64,000 nucleotides of DNA from Candidatus Gottesmanbacteria bacterium (GCA_963809665.1 CAWEKC010000001.1:158219-222218); one strand, 5' to 3'; counted from the stretch's first letter, positions 10,088-20,243 are shown. The notes: generated from the letters alone by a model not told the origin. Made by a program: numbers and translations.

Positions 10088-10705
10088 TTATGCTTTTTGA
10101 ATAACCAGGAGGCTGTTTTTTGCTCCAGGAACTAACCCTTTTACCGTTAAAATGTTTTTTTCTGCATTGATTCCGATAACTGTGAGGCCTTTGACCGTGA
10201 CTTGGTCGCTACCCAGTCTGCCCGCCATACGTTTACCTTTAAACACGCGGCCGGGAGTCGTGGTCATGCCTATTGAACCCGGAGCACGTTCCCGGTCCGA
10301 CTGACCGTGGGTTTTCGGTCCGCCTTTAAAGTGATACCGCTTCACCCCGCCGGCAAATCCTTTCCCTTTGGAGATTCCCATGACGGTAATTGCGTCACCG
10401 ACGGTAAATACGTCGCTCACGTTCACCTGAGTCCCCGGTTTCTCCGTTTCAGCAAGTTCACTCACTGTAAAACTACGCAAATATCGGAGCTTTTTTTCCA
10501 GCCCCGCTTTTTTTATATGACCGGTTTCAGCTTTTGACAGGTTTTTGACTTCACCGAACCCGAGTTGGATGCTTTTATATGTAGGCGTTTGTTCTATGTG
10601 AGTAATCCAGCACGGGCCGGCCTCAATTTCCGTCACGGGTAAACGCTTACCCTCAGCGGTAAAGGTCTGTGTCGGTCCGATTTTTCTTCCCAGTATTGCT
10701 TGCAT
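10088..10705 (-). CDS. rplC: 50S ribosomal protein uL3
   Basis: SKGKGFAG, PGRVFKGKRMAG. Confidence 0.97.
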   Translation of the reverse strand: MQAILGRKIGPTQTFTAEGKRLPVTEIEAGPCWITHIEQTPTYKSIQLGFGEVKNLSKAETGHIKKAGLEKKLRYLRSFTVSELAETEKPGTQVNVSDVFTVGDAITVMGISKGKGFAGGVKRYHFKGGPKTHGQSDRERAPGSIGMTTTPGRVFKGKRMAGRLGSDQVTVKGLTVIGINAEKNILTVKGLVPGAKNSLLVIQKA

Positions 10706-10842
10706 AGTCTTCTTTGACCAAAAAAAATGACCTCGGTGAGGCCATGTATATGCTCATCCGAGACTTTTGGTATTCTAGAAATGAAAGGTTTTTCCCTTCA
10801 TAACAATCTAAATAGTATACCAGAGTATCTACGCGAATACAA
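10706..10842 (-). promoter_or_regulatory. rplC promoter and structured leader with terminator-like hairpin
   Basis: TTGTAT-N17-TATACT with TGn (-10 at 10819-10814); hairpins at 10801-10781 and 10745-10727; U8 tract at 10727-10720. Confidence 0.7.
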
Positions 10843-10845
10843 TTT

Positions 10846-11154
10846 TTACATTTTAATTTCTACATCAACGCCGGCAGGTAAATCCAAGTGCATAAGCTGG
10901 TCAATCGTCTTGTCCGTCGGCTCAATGATATCGACCAAGCGTTTGTGCGTCTTGATCATAAAATCCTCCCGTGAATTCCGGTCGATAAAAGGACTTCTCG
11001 CGACATTAAAATGCTCACGGTCTGTCGGAAGCGGGATTGGTCCCACGACACGGGCGCCCGTACGTACGGCTGTGTCTAAAATCTTCTGGCAGCAGTCATC
11101 AATGATCCTGCTGTCATAGGCTTTCAGCCTAACTCGTATTCGTCCTTTCGGCAT
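10846..11154 (-). CDS. rpsJ: 30S ribosomal protein uS10
   Basis: [26 protein letters not shown]. Confidence 0.97.
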   Translation of the reverse strand: MPKGRIRVRLKAYDSRIIDDCCQKILDTAVRTGARVVGPIPLPTDREHFNVARSPFIDRNSREDFMIKTHKRLVDIIEPTDKTIDQLMHLDLPAGVDVEIKM

Positions 11155-11188
11155 ATTATCCCCTTACGGGGTACTTAAAGAGCTTATG

Positions 11189-12376
11189 TTACGCGATAAT
11201 CTTCGTCACCGCTCCCGCTCCTACTGTATGACCACCCTCGCGGATAGCAAATCGTTGTCCTTCTTCCAGGGCAACCGGAACGATGAGTTTGGCGACCATC
11301 TTCGTGTTATCTCCCGGCATGACCATCTCGACGCCGGTCGGCAATTTGATTTCGCCGGTGATATCGGTCGTTTTGATATAAAACTGCGGCCGGTATCCGG
11401 TAAAGAACGGTGTATGCCGTCCGCCCTCTTCTTTTGCGAGCACATAAATCTGCGCTTCAAACTCCGTGTGCGGTTTAACCGATCCCGGTTTGGCGAGTAC
11501 CTGGCCACGTTCAACCTGATCTTTTTCTATACCGCGAAGGAGAATTCCGACGTTGTCGCCGGCCTGTCCTTCATCCAGGAGTTTCCTAAACATTTCTACT
11601 CCCGTCACAACGCTCGACTGCGTAGGCCGAATTCCCACAATTTCAATCGTGTCGTTTACCTTCACGCGTCCCCGCTCAATACGGCCTGTCACGACGGTCC
11701 CGCGGCCTTTAATCGAGAAAATATCCTCGATAGGCATAAGGAACGGTTTTTCAAGGTCGCGGACCGGTGTGGGTATGTATTCGTCCACCGTATCCATGAG
11801 TTTCTGGATCCCTTTTTCCGCTTCCGCATCGCCCTGAAGTGCTTTCAAAGCGCTGCCGCGGATAACCGGGATTTTATCTCCGGGGAATCCGTTCTTCGTT
11901 AACAGTTCACGGACTTCCATTTCGACCAAATCCAGAAGTTCCGCATCCTGTACCATATCGCATTTGTTCATAAATACGACGATCGCTGGCACGTTCACTT
12001 GTTTAGCCAATAGAATGTGTTCGCGGGTCTGCGGCATAGGACCGTCAGGCGCTGAAACCACCAAAATGGCGCCATCCATTTGTGCGGCGCCGGTGATCAT
12101 GTTTTTCACATAATCAGCGTGGCCGGGAGCGTCAATATGCGCATAGTGGCGTTTTTTTGTTTCGTATTCAGAATGATGAATGTTGATGGTAACACCCCGG
12201 GCTTTTTCCTCCGGAGCGCTGTCGATTTCCTCGTATTTGAGGGCTTTGGCAAGACCCTGTTTAGCCAGTACGTGCGTAATGGCTGAAGTTAATGTCGTCT
12301 TCCCATGGTCAACGTGTCCGATGGTTCCGATGTTCAAATGTGGTTTTGTCCGTTCAAATTTTTTCTGTTCTGCCAT
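11189..12376 (-). CDS. tuf: Elongation factor Tu
   Basis: [20 protein letters not shown]; SD AAGGAGG before MAEQK. Confidence 0.99.
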   Translation of the reverse strand: MAEQKKFERTKPHLNIGTIGHVDHGKTTLTSAITHVLAKQGLAKALKYEEIDSAPEEKARGVTINIHHSEYETKKRHYAHIDAPGHADYVKNMITGAAQMDGAILVVSAPDGPMPQTREHILLAKQVNVPAIVVFMNKCDMVQDAELLDLVEMEVRELLTKNGFPGDKIPVIRGSALKALQGDAEAEKGIQKLMDTVDEYIPTPVRDLEKPFLMPIEDIFSIKGRGTVVTGRIERGRVKVNDTIEIVGIRPTQSSVVTGVEMFRKLLDEGQAGDNVGILLRGIEKDQVERGQVLAKPGSVKPHTEFEAQIYVLAKEEGGRHTPFFTGYRPQFYIKTTDITGEIKLPTGVEMVMPGDNTKMVAKLIVPVALEEGQRFAIREGGHTVGAGAVTKIIA

Positions 12377-12462
12377 AGTATCCTCCTTCAAAACAATAAA
12401 TTAATACAGCTAATTGCTTAGCTTTGTTTTGGTATTGTATCACGGCTAGGTTAGCTTGACAA
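12377..12462 (-). promoter_or_regulatory. tuf internal promoter and leader hairpin
   Basis: TTGTCA-N17-TACAAT with TGn; AGCTAA-GCAA-TTAGCT hairpin; SD. Confidence 0.6.
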
Positions 12463-12473
12463 TAGGTCGTACT

Positions 12474-14604
12474 CTACCTATTTGCACCCGGGGACGTCGC
12501 ACGGCCTGATGATTCGATGATTTTCTCCTGGATATTGCGCGGAACCTCTTCATAGTGGGAGGGTTCCATATAATAGGTAGCCCTGCCTTTGGACATACTC
12601 CGCAGTGTCGTGGCATACCCGGAAAGCTCGGCCAGGGGAACCATCGCCAAAATCACGGTCACGTGTCCCCGTTTGGTTGTGCCCAGGATCTGACTCCGTT
12701 TGGCGCCCAAATCTCCGATAACGTCTCCCATAAACTCATCCGGGGTCGTCACTTCAACCTTCATGACGGGCTCAAGAATCGTCGCCTGCGCCTGCTTGAC
12801 TGCGTTCTGCAGGGCCATGGAGCCTGCGATTTTAAATGCCATTTCGTTTGAGTCCACCTCGTGGTACGTTCCGTCGTAGAGGTTTACCTGCATGTCAACC
12901 AGCGGATACCCCGCAATGACGCCGTTTTCCATCGCTTCCTTGATACCTTTTTCAATCGGGGCGATAAACTCCTTGGGGATTGCTCCTCCTTTGATGTCAT
13001 TGATAAATTCATATCCTTCGCCGCGGCCTTTAGGCTCAATAGTAATGAAACAATGCCCGTATTGCCCGCGTCCTCCCGACTGGCGGATATATTTCCCTTC
13101 ACCTTCGGCTTTTACTTTAATTGTTTCTTTATATGCCACCTGCGGGGCGCCGACATTGGCCTCAACTTTAAACTCCCGCTTCATGCGGTCGACCAGAATC
13201 TCAAGATGGAGCTCTCCCATTCCCCAGATAATGGTCTGGTTGGTTTCAAGATTACTTTTGATCTTAAACGTCGGATCTTCTTCAGAGAGCCTTTGCAGCG
13301 CATACCCCATTTTCTCCTGGTCATTTTTAGTCTTAGGCTCGATGGCAAGAGAAATAACCGGATCGGGGAAGGTAATTTTCTCCAAAATAATCGGCGCATC
13401 TTTGTCACAGATCGTGTCGCCGGTAATTGTCTCTTTAAATCCGACAACGGCCACGATTTCTCCCGCATATGCCTCTTTGATCTCTTCGCGCTGGTTGGCG
13501 TGCATGAGTAGCAACCGACCCACACGTTCCGCGACGCCTTTGGTTGAGTTGTATGCATAAGACCCGGACTGCAGCCGGCCGGAATAAATACGTACATACG
13601 TGAGTTTCCCTACGTGCGGATCGATCTGAATTTTGAATGCCAAGCCGCAGAATTTTTCCTCTTTTGTACGTTTGCGGTCTATTTTTGCTTCGGTCTTGGG
13701 ATCCGTGCCGGTAACCGGCGGAAGGTCAAGGGGGCTGGGGAGATAATCCACGACAGCATCCAAAAGCGGCTGTACCCCTTTATTGCGGAGACTGCTTCCT
13801 GCATAAATCGGAACGAGTTTGTAGCCGATGACCGCACGCCGCAGCGCTTTCTTTAATTCCTCAATACTGTGGTTCCTGCCCGTTGAGAAATTTCTCAAGT
13901 AGTACGTCATCGGTTTCACTGATGCGCTCGATAAGATCGGCGCGGGATTTCTCTACTTCGGCTTTTAATTCCGCGGGGACGTCCTCTTCGTCGGCGTGTG
14001 CCCCTAAATCTTCCGTGTGCCAAATATAGGCTTTGCGCGTTAATACGTCGACCACTCCTTTAAACGTATTTTCCCGCCCGATCGGTACAACCATCACCGC
14101 ACACCTGGCGCCAAGACGTTCTTCGATGGATTTAATCGTAGCGCGGAAATCCGCGCCCAACTTGTCCATTTTATTGATAAAACAAAGCCGCGGTACTGCG
14201 TATTTATCCGCCTGATGCCAGACGGTTTCCGATTGTGACTGCACGCCTTCCTCCGCATCCAGTACCGTAATGCCTCCGTCCAGAACCCTGAGCGACCGTT
14301 CTACTTCAGCGGTAAAATCAACATGTCCGGGAGTATCAATAATGTTAAACCGGTATCCTTTCCAGAATGTGGTCGTGGCGGCGGAAACGATGGTAATTCC
14401 CCTCTCGCGCTCCTGTTCCATCCAGTCCATCTGGGTGGTGCCTTCATCAATGTCGCCTATTTTGTAGCTTCGGCCGGTGTAATAGAGAATGCGTTCCGTG
14501 GTCGTGGTTTTGCCCGCATCGATATGCGCGATAATTCCGATGTTCCGTACTTTATCAAGCGGTACATCTCTCTGTTCAGTCGTGATAGTCGTAGGGGCTG
14601 CCAT
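12474..14604 (-). CDS. fusA: Elongation factor G, interrupted by a +1 frameshift at ~13869
   Basis: ORF 13861-14604 has AHIDAGKTT and [11 protein letters not shown] 12474-13919 has GMGELHL and SGGRGQYGH. Removing one base joins EKFLNGQEP to SIEELKKA. Confidence 0.95.
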
Positions 14605-14661
14605 AATAATAAAAACAGCCACGCACTTGCGCAGCCGCCGTGTTTCAACAGTGATATTGTA
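14605..14661 (-). promoter_or_regulatory. fusA -10 element plus hairpin/U-tract leader
   Basis: TACAAT at 14661-14656; GCGGCTGCGC-AAGT-GCGTGGCTGT then TTTTATTATT-ATG. Confidence 0.55.
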
Positions 14662-14674
14662 CTAAAAAAATGAA

Positions 14675-14938
14675 TTACTGTCTATATCTTCCCCAAAGGC
14701 GTTTGAAGAACGGAAGGGTGAGGGTAGAAAGAAGAAAACCGAGAGACGGAATGATTGCGTTAAGCCAGGGATTAACAATTGCGATTGCCTGCATATAAAA
14801 CCCGACGGAAAGGTATGTAAAAAGAATTAGGAGGCCGCGTCTACTCCAGCTCGTCTCCCACGCCTTATCCTGCTCCACGCGGGCATTCCTTTTTTCAATC
14901 ACTGCGATTCGGTTTTCAAGATCATTAATATTTGTCAT
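14675..14938 (-). CDS. Small two-TM membrane protein, unknown function
   Basis: 87 aa; coiled N-terminus, KAWETSW, two hydrophobic segments; ATGA overlap. Confidence 0.75.
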   Translation of the reverse strand: MTNINDLENRIAVIEKRNARVEQDKAWETSWSRRGLLILFTYLSVGFYMQAIAIVNPWLNAIIPSLGFLLSTLTLPFFKRLWGRYRQ

Positions 14939-15549
14939 GGCAAAGTGAATTTAATGAACTTTCCCCCGTTGTCGTACCACGTGGCGCCGGAGAGGAGTTC
15001 GAATTCGTATGACGTTCCTCTTTCAAGAGAATTGATCTGGACGGAGTGTACACTCACGGCTTGCTGATTATCAGCAAGATACAAACGTGAACTCACAGGT
15101 AATAACGGTGCTTTGCCAAGCTGCACCGCCCCGATACGCGCAGCATCCGTTGTCCATGAGATAAGTACGGATGTCATGCCGGCGGGCATCACCTGAACAC
15201 TGCGCGGTGTTTCTTCCGGACCGGCTTTAACCGCCTGCCTGCTTCCCTGCCCGACATAGGTAAGTACCGCCGGAATACCGGCAATCATAAGGGCGATGAC
15301 AAACGCGCCGATTATATTTTTCCAGTTGTGCACGCGGTCCATAAAAAACATGGCGAATGCGATAACAAACAACAATGCGGAAATAACAAACGGGGCATAC
15401 ATCGCATACGGTTCAATCACGCTCACCAAAAAAGACTGTTGCGGTGCTTGAACAACCTTATGAGATACGGCCGCAGTATTATGTGCGGTTAGTTCCTGTA
15501 TCTGAACAAAATAGGTCGATGCAACCTGTAGCGGTATAGCGGTTGTCAT
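14935..15549 (-). CDS. Membrane protein with C-terminal FN3-like domain
   Basis: Two TM segments then SVLISWTTD...LERGTSYEFEL. Confidence 0.7.
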   Translation of the reverse strand: MTTAIPLQVASTYFVQIQELTAHNTAAVSHKVVQAPQQSFLVSVIEPYAMYAPFVISALLFVIAFAMFFMDRVHNWKNIIGAFVIALMIAGIPAVLTYVGQGSRQAVKAGPEETPRSVQVMPAGMTSVLISWTTDAARIGAVQLGKAPLLPVSSRLYLADNQQAVSVHSVQINSLERGTSYEFELLSGATWYDNGGKFIKFTLP

Positions 15550-15550
15550 A

Positions 15551-16528
15551 TCAATTGGCAAAATCCTGAACGAACATCGTTCCCCACGTCACTGTGCTGA
15601 TAATTCCTATCCCTATCCGGCGGAATGACGGGTCCATAATATTCTGACGGTGGCCCGGACTGTCCATAAGACCATTATGGGCCGTCATGAGATCCGGAGC
15701 ATAGGCGATGTTTTCTCCGGCAACGGTAAATAATATTCCTGCTTTCTCCAGCCGGTCACCGGCGTTTAGCCCCTCCGGTGTCACGTGAGAAAAATAGTGC
15801 CGTAAAAACATGTCTTTTGCGTGCGCTTCGGCAACGGCGGTCATAGCGGGATCAACCCGTACCGGTTCAACCCGAAGCTTCGCGCGTTCCTGGTTTATCA
15901 GATTCACCATCTTCTCCTCATCGGATGTATCAACGGTTAGCTCGCTTTCTACCGGAGATATGGGAAGGGAAATGGTTTCATTGGAATCCGGCTCTACCGT
16001 AAGAAACTTCAGAACCTCTTCACGCGCCTGATCGATCGTGGTCGCAATCGGACCTCCGTATTTTTCCGCAATGGTTACCAGATAATTTCCGATTTTTGAC
16101 TGCTGCACGTCCGGTTTTATCGATCCCCGGACCGGTAGCGCGAGAATGACCAGAAGAAAAAAGGCAATGATCACCAGTCCGTCTGCTATAGACACAAATA
16201 TGCCCAGGAATTTATTCACCGGCGAGAAAACCAATTTCTGCGGCAATTTAACCAAAAGGAGTTGCACCAGTGCCGAAAAGATTGCCTGGGCGACGAATGC
16301 AACGATGATGTATCCCAACACCCCTGTCCATATGGACGAAATGCCGAACGTCCGCGAGAGGAAATCCCCGACCGGTGCATGGAATTTTATAGACAGATAC
16401 AGAGAAGCCAAAAACGTTACGAAGCTTAAGCCTAAATCCGCAAAGCCTGCATTCCACCCCTGCACGGCGTAATACAGAAGAATTGCAATGATGGTCCAGT
16501 CCACCCAGTTGAAAACTGTCCAGAACAT
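15551..16528 (-). CDS. CvpA-family membrane domain fused to CAP/SCP domain
   Basis: NWVDWTII plus 4 TM; YFSHVTPEG, GENIA, SPGHRQNI. Confidence 0.85.
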   Translation of the reverse strand: MFWTVFNWVDWTIIAILLYYAVQGWNAGFADLGLSFVTFLASLYLSIKFHAPVGDFLSRTFGISSIWTGVLGYIIVAFVAQAIFSALVQLLLVKLPQKLVFSPVNKFLGIFVSIADGLVIIAFFLLVILALPVRGSIKPDVQQSKIGNYLVTIAEKYGGPIATTIDQAREEVLKFLTVEPDSNETISLPISPVESELTVDTSDEEKMVNLINQERAKLRVEPVRVDPAMTAVAEAHAKDMFLRHYFSHVTPEGLNAGDRLEKAGILFTVAGENIAYAPDLMTAHNGLMDSPGHRQNIMDPSFRRIGIGIISTVTWGTMFVQDFAN

Positions 16529-16571
16529 GTACTACTATTGTACCTGATACGCGTAACCCACGTCATAAGAT

Positions 16572-18128
16572 ATGATTATTCTTCTTTTGTTTTCATTTCT
16601 GGCCGGTATCGTGACAATCCTGTCCCCGTGCATACTGCCCGTCCTTCCTATTGTGCTTGCCGGTTCCATAGCCGGAGATAAACGCCGGCCGCTGTTGATT
16701 GTAAGCGGATTTATCGTCAGTTTCACCGTATTCACCCTGTTTCTATCCGCACTTGTGAAGGCAACCGGCATACCACCGGACACGATGCGCTATGTTGCGA
16801 TATTCGTCATTGCGGTTTTCGGACTCAGTCTGGCAGCAAACATTGAATTATTCAGGGCTTCTTATATTCCGAAAACAACGAACGGATTTTTGCTGGGGAT
16901 GAGTCTCGGACTTGTATGGGCTCCGTGTGTCGGACCGATTTTAGCTTCGGTTATTGCTCTTGCTGCAACGGGCACGGTTACCGGCCAGACTTTTGCTATC
17001 ACTCTTTTGTATTCTCTGGGAACGGCAATTCCTATGATAATCATTTTGTACGGAGGACGCAGGTATATCCCGGTAACACCACATATTCAAAAAATATTCG
17101 GTGTTCTCATGATCGCCATTGCACTCTTCATGTTTCTTAATCTGGACAGAAAATTTGAAACATGGATACTGACCGTTTTTCCGAATTACGGAGCAGGGCT
17201 GACAAAAATAGAAAGCATGGCAATCGTGCAAAAGCAATTATCCTCTATGGAAAACGCACCGGATTTTACCGGCGGGCAACAGTGGTTTAATTCAAAACCT
17301 CTCACTATGACCCAGTTGCGGGGCAAAGTTGTCCTTGTGGATTTCTGGACATATACGTGCATCAACTGCATCAGGACGTTCCCCTACACCAAAGCGTGGT
17401 GGGAAAAATATAAGGATAAAGGGTTTGTTCTTGTGGGTATCCACACTCCGGAGTTTGAATTTGAAAAGGACGCGGGTAATGTGGGCCGCGCGATAAAAGA
17501 TTTCGGAATCACCTACCCCGTGGTGCAGGATAACAATTACACAATATGGAACGCGTACGGCAACCAGTACTGGCCAGCGGATTATCTTATTGATAAAAAC
17601 GGGGTAATCCGTGATACACACTTCGGCGAGGGTGACTACGATACCACGGAAAAGAAAATTCAGGAACTGTTGGGCATTTCCATGCCTGTCAAAAATCCCA
17701 CGTATCAGGTGAATACGCAAACTCCGGAAACATATCTCGGGCTTAACCGTCTCGGAGCACTCTCTTCACCGGAAACGCCAACAACTACCGGCGCCTCACA
17801 AACATTTACCGCGCCCGATCCCGTTCCCTACAATACATTTGCATTTGTGGGTCTTTGGACTGAATCACCGGAGCGTGCGATACCGGATACGGGCGCGTCT
17901 CTGGTCTACCATTTCGATGCAACGGATGTCTATCTGGTTATGAGACCGAAGGTTGAAGGAACTCCCGGAAAGGTTCAGGTATATATGGACGGAAAATTGA
18001 CCGATACGATAACTGTTGACACCGACCGGTTATATACGCTTATTAAACTACCAAAACAAGGGGAACATCTTTTGCAGATGAATTTTCTGGATGGAAATCT
18101 CGAGCTCTACGCGTTTACGTTCGGGTAA
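16572..18128 (+). CDS. dipZ: DipZ-like protein: CcdA/DsbD membrane domain, TlpA thioredoxin and C-terminal beta domain
   Basis: SPCILPVLP, WAPCVGP, DFWTYTCINC, TPETYLG. Confidence 0.88.
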   Translation: MIILLLFSFLAGIVTILSPCILPVLPIVLAGSIAGDKRRPLLIVSGFIVSFTVFTLFLSALVKATGIPPDTMRYVAIFVIAVFGLSLAANIELFRASYIPKTTNGFLLGMSLGLVWAPCVGPILASVIALAATGTVTGQTFAITLLYSLGTAIPMIIILYGGRRYIPVTPHIQKIFGVLMIAIALFMFLNLDRKFETWILTVFPNYGAGLTKIESMAIVQKQLSSMENAPDFTGGQQWFNSKPLTMTQLRGKVVLVDFWTYTCINCIRTFPYTKAWWEKYKDKGFVLVGIHTPEFEFEKDAGNVGRAIKDFGITYPVVQDNNYTIWNAYGNQYWPADYLIDKNGVIRDTHFGEGDYDTTEKKIQELLGISMPVKNPTYQVNTQTPETYLGLNRLGALSSPETPTTTGASQTFTAPDPVPYNTFAFVGLWTESPERAIPDTGASLVYHFDATDVYLVMRPKVEGTPGKVQVYMDGKLTDTITVDTDRLYTLIKLPKQGEHLLQMNFLDGNLELYAFTFG

Positions 18129-18140
18129 ATTAAAGCGCAG

Positions 18141-18500
18141 TTATGGAAGTTGGGAATCGCTGAAATCCACACATTTTTCATTGTGCGTTGCCTTCAGAGT
18201 CCAAAGATTAGGCCTCGAATACCGGACAACCGCAACAATCCGAGTAATCATATCGTTTGCCTGGGCTGCAAGAGTGCCTGATTTCGTCGCATTCCGTAGA
18301 CAGGATTCCAGCGTATATAAGGCATCGGCGCTTCGTTCACACTGCATGGATAATGATATACCCCTGGCAAATATATCTGAATTGATGGCATCTAAACTGC
18401 TGTCGTTCGTCTGATAACAAACCCGCTGCGTATTCACAGGCGGGAAGAATAGATAGAACAATATGCCTATGACAAGAAGCACCAGTATCCAGAATTTCAT
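18141..18500 (-). CDS. Hypothetical exported protein with four Cys
   Basis: N-terminal hydrophobic anchor; TGgTATAAT 9 nt before ATG. Confidence 0.65.
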   Translation of the reverse strand: MKFWILVLLVIGILFYLFFPPVNTQRVCYQTNDSSLDAINSDIFARGISLSMQCERSADALYTLESCLRNATKSGTLAAQANDMITRIVAVVRYSRPNLWTLKATHNEKCVDFSDSQLP

Positions 18501-18522
18501 TACAGTATCATTATACCAAAGT

Positions 18523-19119
18523 TTATAATTCCAAACTCCTCCACAAAATGCGTGCTGCCCAGGTACGGTACGGCGTCCATTTGTTCACTATTTTTTCCAG
18601 TTGTTTACGCGTCGGATCGCGCCTGAATTTGTATAACCGCTTCATCGCATTACGAAGACCTAAATCACCGTACGAAAACACATCCTCACGGCCAAGTGAG
18701 AACATGAGAAACATTTCCGCAGTCCAGGGGCCGATACCTTTGACTTTTATTAATTCTGTAATGACTTCTTCATTGCTCATACCCCGGAGCTTATGCAAAT
18801 GAATAGTCTTATGCTGCACACCGGTTGCTAAATTTTTAATATAAGAAATTTTAGACCACGAGGTACCCACTAACCGGATTTTTGAATCCGGCAACGCTAA
18901 TAATCTTTCCGGGGTTACTTTTTCTTCCGGAAACAACGCGAGAAAGCGATTCCAAATCGTATTCCCTGCTTTTTCCGATAGCTGTTGGTTGATGATAGAC
19001 TCACAAAGTACAACAAAATAATCTGCCTGTCTGGAAATGCTTACGGGAGGGATATCGGCTATGACGGAATGAAGTATGGGATCAACTTTTTTGAAATGAT
19101 CCCGTACGCGTTTATCCAT
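18523..19119 (-). CDS. DNA-3-methyladenine glycosylase II (AlkA/HhH-GPD family)
   Basis: IINQQLS, VKGIGPWTAEMFL, DLGLR, WTPYRTWA. Confidence 0.9.
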   Translation of the reverse strand: MDKRVRDHFKKVDPILHSVIADIPPVSISRQADYFVVLCESIINQQLSEKAGNTIWNRFLALFPEEKVTPERLLALPDSKIRLVGTSWSKISYIKNLATGVQHKTIHLHKLRGMSNEEVITELIKVKGIGPWTAEMFLMFSLGREDVFSYGDLGLRNAMKRLYKFRRDPTRKQLEKIVNKWTPYRTWAARILWRSLEL

Positions 19120-19684
19120 GTGTCTTTTGAGAGCCGGATAACTTTCGCTCCATTAAAATGTCCTGAACGGCACATATGACCGCGACAATCTTATCGTGTT
19201 CATCTTTCGGAAGTTCAGACATACGTATGTTTCTTACGCGAAAATCCAAAATTTCTAATGACATTTGTTCTAATTCAGGATCATGGTCTGTTACTAACCG
19301 CCGCAATACGCGGGACGTGGCTATAGTTGACCAATCATGAAGAAATGCTTTTGTCACCTTTTTTAATGCCGCTATCTCTTTTTGCCTTTGTATTAAATCC
19401 TCACGTATCCAACGGTCGGCTGACCGACGGCGCATGCCGCCGAGTAAATCCTGAACGGTTTCCATTTGCTCTGTGAGATATTTATCCTGTGCCCGTGCTT
19501 GTACTTCAGTCCGCAGCTCAGTGGTGAATATAAAATCTATGTCCCCGGAACCGGGACGGACACCTGAAATCGGCGGGAGTTTGCCGTTTTTTCTCTCTAA
19601 CCACCGCTCGCGCAAATCATCAAGATTATGAGCGCTACGGAACGTTGACTCACCGACTATTGCGGATTCTATGCGACATTTCAC
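19112..19684 (-). CDS. Hypothetical helical protein; start uncertain
   Basis: 190-aa ORF filling the gap, overlaps the glycosylase start. Confidence 0.6.
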   Translation of the reverse strand: MKCRIESAIVGESTFRSAHNLDDLRERWLERKNGKLPPISGVRPGSGDIDFIFTTELRTEVQARAQDKYLTEQMETVQDLLGGMRRRSADRWIREDLIQRQKEIAALKKVTKAFLHDWSTIATSRVLRRLVTDHDPELEQMSLEILDFRVRNIRMSELPKDEHDKIVAVICAVQDILMERKLSGSQKTHG

Positions 19685-19704
19685 ATGTTTATATTAGCTA
19701 GAAA

Positions 19705-20175
19705 TTAATGTAAATCAAATGCACCCGTTCGGGCGCGGTAAGCAGTTTCCAGAGCGTCAGCGAATAATTCATCCGCTTGTTGTAAAGCATCCATGGATTC
19801 TTCCAACAAAGATTCGGGATTCTCCCGTCTAAGGTCGGACGGACGGATCGGTTTTGCCCACCATTCGCTTTCCGCATCGGAATGAGGGACCATGACAAGA
19901 AACGCTTCGGGATCCTCCAATTCTGCCCGCCAATATGCTAATTGTTTATGAGCTTTTATAATGTCTCCAATCCGGATTCCATACAAACCTTCCCTGGGTT
20001 TCAGCGGTATGACGCCCGGTTTCATGAACTCCCACAGCGGATCGCCAGCGCGGGCATCAACAACAAACCCTTTCGGAACTCCCGATTCATCCATAAGAGG
20101 AATCCTCGTCCCATCGATCTTAGCCAAAAACCCTACATTAGAAAGTAGTTCACCACTGGAATCGATCGCGCCCAT
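19705..20175 (-). CDS. Hypothetical protein
   Basis: SD AAGGAG before ATG 20175. Confidence 0.65.
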   Translation of the reverse strand: MGAIDSSGELLSNVGFLAKIDGTRIPLMDESGVPKGFVVDARAGDPLWEFMKPGVIPLKPREGLYGIRIGDIIKAHKQLAYWRAELEDPEAFLVMVPHSDAESEWWAKPIRPSDLRRENPESLLEESMDALQQADELFADALETAYRARTGAFDLH

Positions 20176-20188
20176 ATGTTCTCCTTTC

Positions 20189-20213
20189 AAAAAAAGCTGC
20201 CCTTCGTGGCAGC
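20189..20213 (-). terminator. Intrinsic terminator after rpsG
   Basis: GCTGCC-ACGAAG-GGCAGC followed by T7. Confidence 0.75.
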
Positions 20214-20243
20214 ATAATATCCTATGTATTTCGTTTATTCAAC

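Noticed and set aside
10706-10845. tRNA or known riboswitch in the longer spacers (also 28209-28342, 48907-49026)
   Set aside because: No cloverleaf, T-loop motif or recognisable aptamer consensus seen
13861-13863. TGA recoding (code 25) or an intron to explain split fusA
   Set aside because: The halves are in different frames, join after removing one base, and TGA ends many genes here
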